Source: an uncultured Gammaproteobacteria bacterium (GTDB lineage Bacteria > Patescibacteriota > Microgenomatia > UBA8517). Taken from it: DNA of 64,000 bases. This document shows positions 58,135 to 64,000 of this stretch, in pieces (the first letter of the stretch is position 1; each line of letters begins with the position of its first letter). The DNA is taken from NCBI GenBank assembly GCA_964502815.1, contig CAZCXV010000003.1, positions 4,694 to 68,693 of the forward strand, written 5' to 3'. Below the pieces are notes generated by a model. That model did not search any database. It saw nothing but the letters and a program-made list of their open reading frames with translations, and was not told the origin of the DNA. A program made the translations under genes and the position numbers.

Positions 58135-58906
58135 GGCAGGTTCTGATTCTATTTCTACTGCCAATAGAGAAAATTGTGATGCTTTCATTTGTGCTCCTCA
58201 GTTTGGTTTATTTCTAGTTTGTGACGGAGTTGGTTCTGATGGTGGAATCGCAGCCAGGATGGTTGGTAAAAAACTATTTAACATGGCAAGAATTGGTAGA
58301 TTGCATGTTAACAATTTAAGAGAGTCTGTTGAACGTGTGGATGAACTACTAACCAGATGGAACAAAATTCATAAAGAAAGAGGTAACAAGAGGTCTTTGA
58401 CTACCTTGTCAGTTTTAGTAATTAACGAACAAGGGATTGGTAGGTGGGCAAATATCGGGGATAGCAGAATTGGTTTACGTAGAGGTGGAGAACTAATATT
58501 TCTTTCAATTGAGGATCTTTCAGTACTATCGGGTCTTTCAGATGAAGAAAAAATAGTTTACTTAAATGCATTTGATAATGTAGACAAATTAGCTGATTTA
58601 GATCAGTCTCAAAGAAAATGCTGGGACTACAGAAACCATATAGACAACAATCTAGGGTCTGGTGATGTAAGGATTAACGAAGGAGAAGTTGTGATAATGC
58701 GTGGAGATGTATTTTTTCTTGCAACTGACGGATTAGATAATCTGACTATTGGACAAAAGACAAAAATAATAAATGAAAATGGAAACTCAGCCGATCAAAT
58801 AGCCAAACATTTAGCTGGTCGGGCCGCAACTGTTTCCTGTTCTAATTCTGAAAGGAAACATAGAGACGATATAACAGATGTTGTTGTTATTGTTAAGAGA
58901 AGTTAA
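58124..58906 (+). CDS. PP2C-family Ser/Thr phosphatase-like protein
   Basis: LVCDGVGSDGGIAA and FFLATDGLDNL are metal-binding Asp motifs. Confidence 0.55.
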   Translation: MLIEAGSDSISTANRENCDAFICAPQFGLFLVCDGVGSDGGIAARMVGKKLFNMARIGRLHVNNLRESVERVDELLTRWNKIHKERGNKRSLTTLSVLVINEQGIGRWANIGDSRIGLRRGGELIFLSIEDLSVLSGLSDEEKIVYLNAFDNVDKLADLDQSQRKCWDYRNHIDNNLGSGDVRINEGEVVIMRGDVFFLATDGLDNLTIGQKTKIINENGNSADQIAKHLAGRAATVSCSNSERKHRDDITDVVVIVKRS

Positions 58907-58915
58907 GATATAACC

Positions 58916-59761
58916 ATGCCGGAATTACCAGAAGTTGAAGCTATTAAAAATCAGTTGGTTAAATATCTTCAAAACCATACTCTTGAAAAGATACAAGTTA
59001 GGAATCGAAAAATCTTTCAAGGAGAAGAAAAAAATTTAATTGGGGCAAAGTTTATAGGAGTTAGAAGATTTGGAAAAGTAACTTCTATGGATTTTAACAA
59101 TGGTTATTCAGTTGTAACCCATGTCAAAATGACTGGTCAATTTATTTATAGAGGGCCAAACCTAAAAAATCCCCAACCGCTTTCGCCAAAAGTAATTGGT
59201 GGAGTACCTGGATCACACACGCATGTTATTTTTTATTTTGACAAAGGAGGCATACTTTACTATAACGATTTGAGGAGATTCTCGTGGATGAAAGTTGTCT
59301 CTACCAAGGAAGTAGAAAACTTAGACTTCATTAATAAATTAGGACCAGAACCATTCAAGGATTTAACTCTGGAGATTTTTAAAGAAATCTTACAGAAAAA
59401 CAAAAGATCTGTAAAAGTTGTTTTGATGGATCAATCCAAAATAGGGGGTATTGGCAACATTTACGCAAATGATGCCCTAAACCTTGCAAAAATCTTGCCA
59501 GACAGAAAATCAAATTCCCTAACAGATGAAGAAATTGAAAAGCTCTATGGTGCAATTATTAAGGTATTGGAAACGGGCATTAAAACAGGAGGAGCAAGCG
59601 AGAATGCTTTTGTAACTCCCGATGGGACGGAAGGCAACTATCAAGATCATAGTTTAGTATATGCCAGGGCTGGACAAAGGTGTCCCAACTGTGGAAATAA
59701 AATAATCAAGAAAATGTTAGGCGGCAGAGGTACTTTTTACTGTGATAATTGCCAAAAATAG
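58916..59761 (+). CDS. mutM: Formamidopyrimidine-DNA glycosylase
   Basis: MPELPEVE N-terminus and a C-terminal CPNCG...CDNC zinc finger. Confidence 0.85.
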   Translation: MPELPEVEAIKNQLVKYLQNHTLEKIQVRNRKIFQGEEKNLIGAKFIGVRRFGKVTSMDFNNGYSVVTHVKMTGQFIYRGPNLKNPQPLSPKVIGGVPGSHTHVIFYFDKGGILYYNDLRRFSWMKVVSTKEVENLDFINKLGPEPFKDLTLEIFKEILQKNKRSVKVVLMDQSKIGGIGNIYANDALNLAKILPDRKSNSLTDEEIEKLYGAIIKVLETGIKTGGASENAFVTPDGTEGNYQDHSLVYARAGQRCPNCGNKIIKKMLGGRGTFYCDNCQK

Positions 59762-59786
59762 TTTAACAACATGGTAAACTTCTGAT

Positions 59787-60836
59787 GTGCCAATTACAAA
59801 AATCCATTTAACTGACTTTAGGAGTTTTACAGACAAGCTTTTGTCTTTTTCTTCCAAAACAACTGTTATTGTTGGCCCTAATGCCATTGGTAAGACAAAT
59901 ATTTTGGAAAGCATTTTTCTTCTTTCAACAGGCAAGAGTTTCCGAGCTAGAATTGAAGAAGAAATGATTAACTATGGACAAGAATTGGCAAGAGTGAAGG
60001 GACTTATTGGGGAAAACAAATTGGAAGTACTTTTAACTAGAGGAGAGATCAAGATAACTAATACCTCAGTTTCTAAAGTTTCAAAGAAAAGACTTCTGGT
60101 CAACGGGATACCTAAAAGACTTGTAGACTTTGCCAAAAATTTCCACGTTGTTTTATTTGCACCCCAGGATATGGATCTAGTTACTGAGTCACCAAGCCTA
60201 AGAAGAAGATTTTTAGATATATTACTTTCCCAAGCCGATTATGAGTACCGCAGATGTCTTCTGTCCTATGACAAAGGCTTAAGGCAAAGAAACAGGCTGC
60301 TTATCAAAATAAGAGAAGAGGGAGTCTCAAGAAGCCAGCTATATTTTTGGAATAACTTACTGGTTAAAAATGGGGACTATCTTGCTAAAAAAAGAGAAGA
60401 GTTTATTGGCTTTGTAAATCAAACACCCAGTTTCAACAGTAAATCATATGAACTTAAATATGACAAAAGTTCAATTTCGCAAATGAGACTGGATCAATAC
60501 AAAGAAGAAGAAGTAATGGCAGGGACAACACTTGTTGGGCCACATAGGGACGATTTTGTTTTTTTTGAAAGCCAAAGAGATTTGTCTTCATATGGCTCAA
60601 GGGGGGAGCAAAGAATGGCAGTTTTATGGCTCAAACTTGCAGAGCTTTCTTATCTTGAAAAAAGCTTACAAGAAAAACCAACTCTACTTCTGGACGATAT
60701 CTTTTCTGAATTAGACCATGAACACCGAGACATAGTAACAGAAATGACCAAAGGGCAACAAACAATAATAACTACCGCAGACCCGCATTTTATTACCGAA
60801 ATTTCAGGTCTTGAAAAGATAGACTTAGAAGAGTAA
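59787..60836 (+). CDS. recF: DNA replication and repair protein RecF
   Basis: LTDFRSF...IVGPNAIGKTNILESI Walker A and an LLLDDIFSELD Walker B region. Confidence 0.85.
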   Translation: MPITKIHLTDFRSFTDKLLSFSSKTTVIVGPNAIGKTNILESIFLLSTGKSFRARIEEEMINYGQELARVKGLIGENKLEVLLTRGEIKITNTSVSKVSKKRLLVNGIPKRLVDFAKNFHVVLFAPQDMDLVTESPSLRRRFLDILLSQADYEYRRCLLSYDKGLRQRNRLLIKIREEGVSRSQLYFWNNLLVKNGDYLAKKREEFIGFVNQTPSFNSKSYELKYDKSSISQMRLDQYKEEEVMAGTTLVGPHRDDFVFFESQRDLSSYGSRGEQRMAVLWLKLAELSYLEKSLQEKPTLLLDDIFSELDHEHRDIVTEMTKGQQTIITTADPHFITEISGLEKIDLEE

Positions 60837-60845
60837 ATTGTTTTC

Positions 60846-61043
60846 GTGGGTGAAAGACGCAGAGGCACACTGAGGGTTCCAGAAAACCAATATAGATTTG
60901 ATATTGTAGATGGTGTGTTAAGAATTTTACCAATGAAAAATATACCAGCTCCTAAACCTCAACTTCCAGATCCTGAATATTTTAACGATCTTCATGAAGA
61001 TGCTGACCAAAACCACAAAGTTAGATTAGGTTCTCTTAATTAA
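60846..61043 (+). CDS. Small hypothetical protein
   Basis: 65 aa with no motif. Confidence 0.2.
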   Translation: MGERRRGTLRVPENQYRFDIVDGVLRILPMKNIPAPKPQLPDPEYFNDLHEDADQNHKVRLGSLN

Positions 61044-61102
61044 TTTCATTTTAGAATGATCACTCTTGTTTTCCGCTAATTATGCGGTAAAATAATGAAG
61101 TA

Positions 61103-62170
61103 ATGTATTCTCCAAAGTATTTGATTACGAATTCTATTCTTAAGGCCGTTGGCCAAGTAGAGGCTGCCAAAGAGGTTATTGAAAATGCTCCTTTGGTTCC
61201 AACCTATGAAAAACAGTTTGTAAACGATGCCATAGTAAGGACTATTTATCATGGAACCCATATTGAGGGTAATGATTTAACTTTAACTGAAACCAAAAAA
61301 GTTCTTGAAGGATTTGAAGTGTATGCCAGGCCAAGAGATGTCCAGGAAATAATTAATTACCGAAATGCAGTCAAGCTGATAGATGACATAAAAATTCAAG
61401 ATACACCTTACACTATTGATCTTCTAAAAAAAATTCATTCCTTAACTGTCTATAGAATTGTGGCAGAAGAAAAGACAGGGGTACTTCGAAGTACCCAAGT
61501 AGTCATTAAAGAAGAAGGAACCGGTAAGGTGATTTTGGCTCCACCTGCCTATATTGAAGTTCCATTTTTACTAGATGAATTTTTTAACTGGCTAAACTCT
61601 CCTGAGGCCAAACAAATCCACCCAATATTGAGGGCTGGCATCGCTCATTATGTCCTGGTCGCCATTCATCCCTTTGTAGAAGGCAATGGCCGGACTACCA
61701 GAGCCCTTGCAATGCTTATCTTACTTCGTGAAGGCTATGACATTAAAAGATTCTTTGCTCTTGAAGAGCATTTTGATACCGATCTAGCAGCTTACTATGA
61801 AGCCTTTTTTAAAGTAGACACTCAAGCTACTAATATTGCCCAAAGAGATTTGACTCCTTGGCTTGAGTATTTTACTGAAGTTGTGGCAGTTGAGCTTACT
61901 AGAATAAAAGAAAAAATTAGAAGATTGTCAGTGGATTCAAGATTAAAAATGAAAATTGGGACCCAAATTGCCTTAACAGAAAGACAGATGAAATTGATGG
62001 AGTTTTTTTCTGACCAGGGAGAAGGAACGATGAAGGAATTTAGGTCAGTACTACCTATGATTTCAGATGATACAGTTCTAAGAGACTTAACAGACCTAAT
62101 TAAAAAAGGCGTTATTAAAAAGGAAGGAAGCACAAAAGCAGCCAAGTACAAACTAATTGGAACAAAATGA
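61103..62170 (+). CDS. Fic/Fido-domain protein
   Basis: HPFVEGNGRTTRALAMLIL is the canonical HPFx[DE]GNGR Fic motif. A C-terminal wHTH-like region is present. Confidence 0.85.
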   Translation: MYSPKYLITNSILKAVGQVEAAKEVIENAPLVPTYEKQFVNDAIVRTIYHGTHIEGNDLTLTETKKVLEGFEVYARPRDVQEIINYRNAVKLIDDIKIQDTPYTIDLLKKIHSLTVYRIVAEEKTGVLRSTQVVIKEEGTGKVILAPPAYIEVPFLLDEFFNWLNSPEAKQIHPILRAGIAHYVLVAIHPFVEGNGRTTRALAMLILLREGYDIKRFFALEEHFDTDLAAYYEAFFKVDTQATNIAQRDLTPWLEYFTEVVAVELTRIKEKIRRLSVDSRLKMKIGTQIALTERQMKLMEFFSDQGEGTMKEFRSVLPMISDDTVLRDLTDLIKKGVIKKEGSTKAAKYKLIGTK

Positions 62171-62370
62171 ATTTAGCCAACCCACAATTTTTGTATGTAA
62201 TTTTAGTTCTTCCAGGGCTTTTTGGCCTAACACTAACAGGAGAAGGATTATATCGGTGTGTGCATGAGGAATACAGCGGAATAATAAGTATTATCTTTGG
62301 AGTTATATTTTTAGTAGGAGTGATCTTTGCCTATCTTTTCTTTTCCACTTATTTAGGAACTAAGGTTTGA
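62167..62370 (+). CDS. Small membrane protein
   Basis: Two hydrophobic helices. The start overlaps the fic stop. Confidence 0.3.
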   Translation: MNLANPQFLYVILVLPGLFGLTLTGEGLYRCVHEEYSGIISIIFGVIFLVGVIFAYLFFSTYLGTKV

Positions 62371-62427
62371 GAAGGTTTTACCTCTATTCTACTCACAACT
62401 GCACCAGGTAGGAACTAAACACTTCCT

Positions 62428-62613
62428 GTGGTGATCTATATTTTAAGGGGTACCTGTCATTATGACACTGAAACAGACTCGCTTTCTGTTAGTGTTAAAA
62501 ATCTACCAAAAAGTACTAGACTCCGTTATGTTAATGATGAAATTGCTGTTTATCTTACCCCTAGCTACGAGGTAAAAGGTATATTTATAGAATCTTCCAG
62601 GCTAACTTTTTAA
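62428..62613 (+). CDS. DUF2283-like small protein
   Basis: YDTETDSLSVSV...NDEIAVYLTPSYEVKGIFIESS resembles the YDxExDalYI...GIEIL pattern. Confidence 0.35.
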   Translation: MVIYILRGTCHYDTETDSLSVSVKNLPKSTRLRYVNDEIAVYLTPSYEVKGIFIESSRLTF

Positions 62614-62698
62614 GTATTTCAACTATTTCAGGAAAGTAAAAATTCGGTATTCCTTTTAAGTATTTCAACTATTTCAGGAAAGTAAAAATTTGGTATTC
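62607..62698. repeat. Tandem direct repeat, 2 x 46 bp (2 mismatches)
   Basis: AAGTATTTCAACTATTTCAGGAAAGTAAAAATT[C/T]GGTATTCC occurs at 62612 and again at 62658. Confidence 0.8.
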
Positions 62699-62843
62699 CT
62701 TGAACTCTTCTTTTTCCATCTATAAAAAGTGCTAAGGTTTCTTGGTAGGGAATGTTAATCACAAATGCGGTTGATGCAACTGCGCACCCCAACCCGTCTT
62801 CTTGAGCTACAGGCTTTCGCGATTCTGAATGAACCGTTTTCAT
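62628..62843 (-). CDS. Hypothetical protein whose C-terminus is encoded by the 46-bp tandem repeat
   Basis: GLGCAVASTAFVINIPYQ suggests a possible Cys-peptidase-like start. The 3' end runs through both repeat copies, so the ORF may be disrupted. Confidence 0.3.
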   Translation of the reverse strand: MKTVHSESRKPVAQEDGLGCAVASTAFVINIPYQETLALFIDGKRRVQGIPNFYFPEIVEILKRNTEFLLS

Positions 62844-62884
62844 GCTTTGATTATATATCTATTGTTAACCAATTAGATTAAAAA

Positions 62885-62940
62885 ACAAGTTCTACAATCG
62901 AAGAAAGTGAGAGTGCCAAGCTTCGCTTATCAGGTGGAGC
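62885..62940. repeat. Direct repeat copy 1 (45 bp perfect plus an 11-bp TCAGGTGGAGC tail)
   Basis: ACAAGTTCTACAATCGAAGAAAGTGAGAGTGCCAAGCTTCGCTTA is identical to 63895..63939. Confidence 0.85.
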
Positions 62941-63004
62941 TTGATAAACAACTAATATTTGAAAAAATTGTCTTCAATTTATCCTCGCAGTACCATTTTC
63001 GGTA

Positions 63005-63895
63005 TTGTTAATATGGTACACTCGTTGTATTATCTTTATTATGCAAAATAACTCAACTGAGCTTCAAGGAAGTTTGGAATTAATTAAGAAAACAATAGAA
63101 AGTTTGGAATATTGGTCTGCTAGAGACTTGATGTCTCATCTAGGCTATTCAACATGGGAAAGTTTTAGAACAGCTATTACTCGTGCACAGGAATCTTGCC
63201 AGCAAGCAGGACAATTAGTTGAGGACCATTTTCGTGACGTCACGAAAATGGTTGTATTAGGTTCAGGTAGTCAACGAGCAATAGAAGATTTACTTTTAAC
63301 TCGATATGCATGTTATTTGATTGCACAAAACGGTGATCCCCGTAAACCGCAGATTGCGGCTGCTCAAAATTATTTTGCAATCCAAACACGAAGACAGGAA
63401 ATATGGGAACAAAGAACTGTTGAAAACAAGCGCTTGGAAGAAAGAGATAAGCTACGAGATACAGAAAAGAAAATCGAAAGGACAGTCTATCAACGAGGAA
63501 TAACCCAAAGCATCGAGTTTGCAACTTTCAAAAATAGACATATAGAAGCTCTTTATGGTGGTATTAATACACCTGACCTAAAAAGAAAGCGGGGAATTCC
63601 AAAAGGTAGAGCTCTAGCCGATTTTGATACAGATGTAGAACTTAAAGCAAAGAATTTTGCTCTAGGGATGACAGATCATAACATTCGAACAAACAACTTG
63701 GTTGGAAGAGATAGACTTGAAAGAGAGGTTGTTGCCAACAGTTCTGCCACTAGAGATGCATTGCTGGCGCGTGGCATTATTCCAGAGAAATTGAAACCTG
63801 AGGAAGATGTCAAAAAGATAGAAAGACGCCGCGCAAAAGAGCAAAAGGCAATAGAGGCTGATCTAAATCAAGCCTTAAATAAACTCGCAAAATAA
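63005..63895 (+). CDS. dinD: DNA-damage-inducible protein D homolog
   Basis: YWSARDLMSHLGY and RYACYLIAQNGDPRKPQIAAAQNYFAIQTRRQE are near-identical to the blocks in E. coli DinD as I recall them. Confidence 0.85.
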   Translation: MLIWYTRCIIFIMQNNSTELQGSLELIKKTIESLEYWSARDLMSHLGYSTWESFRTAITRAQESCQQAGQLVEDHFRDVTKMVVLGSGSQRAIEDLLLTRYACYLIAQNGDPRKPQIAAAQNYFAIQTRRQEIWEQRTVENKRLEERDKLRDTEKKIERTVYQRGITQSIEFATFKNRHIEALYGGINTPDLKRKRGIPKGRALADFDTDVELKAKNFALGMTDHNIRTNNLVGRDRLEREVVANSSATRDALLARGIIPEKLKPEEDVKKIERRRAKEQKAIEADLNQALNKLAK

Positions 63896-63960
63896 CAAGT
63901 TCTACAATCGAAGAAAGTGAGAGTGCCAAGCTTCGCTTAACTTTGTCCATCAGGTGGAGC
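63895..63960. repeat. Direct repeat copy 2 (45 bp, then a 10-bp insert ACTTTGTCCA, then TCAGGTGGAGC)
   Basis: It begins at the dinD stop codon and matches 62885..62940. Confidence 0.85.
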
Positions 63961-64000
63961 ACAAAATGATGGTAGGGTATAATTGCTCAAGAATATGAAA

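Noticed and set aside
62607-62698. Possible CRISPR array
   Set aside because: There are only two tandem copies with no spacers, and no cas genes are in the window. I classed it as a simple tandem duplication.

Overview
This is a 64 kb, low-GC, gene-dense bacterial chromosomal window with a small-genome, CPR/Patescibacteria-like gene content; the lineage call is inference only. The supporting content is an archaeal-type TIM, a class I FBA, split transketolase, two PBP1A paralogs, DUF2207 and many small hypothetical membrane proteins. The core is a central-carbon cluster (tpi, rpiB, pgk, gap, rpe, tkt-N/C, class I fba, a PfkB kinase), an nrdR / class II RNR / PduO-type adenosyltransferase module, trpS, an intein-bearing ftsH, a standalone 5'-3' exonuclease, mutM and recF. 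Five tRNAs are present: Asn-GTT, an unusual UAU-anticodon tRNA, and two divergent CAU tRNAs. Accessory or unusual content includes: (i) a left-edge integrative element with an excisionase-like HTH, a tandem array of five zinc-ribbon paralogs, and a large serine recombinase whose 3' end overlaps tRNA-Asn; (ii) a full intein with LAGLIDADG homing endonuclease inside the FtsH P-loop; (iii) a translationally coupled membrane-anchored FtsK/HerA/VirD4-superfamily ATPase plus a 1093-aa protein of no recognisable family; (iv) three scattered DinD/Bro-N-like paralogs, one bracketed by perfect 45-bp direct repeats; (v) two divergent GT-C-like membrane paralogs whose 5' ends overlap on opposite strands; (vi) a SET-domain protein; (vii) a truncated, frameshifted ClpP-family pseudogene in a GC-rich patch. 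No CRISPR array and no rRNA were found. All calls rest on reading the translated ORFs and the sequence by eye, without database searches.
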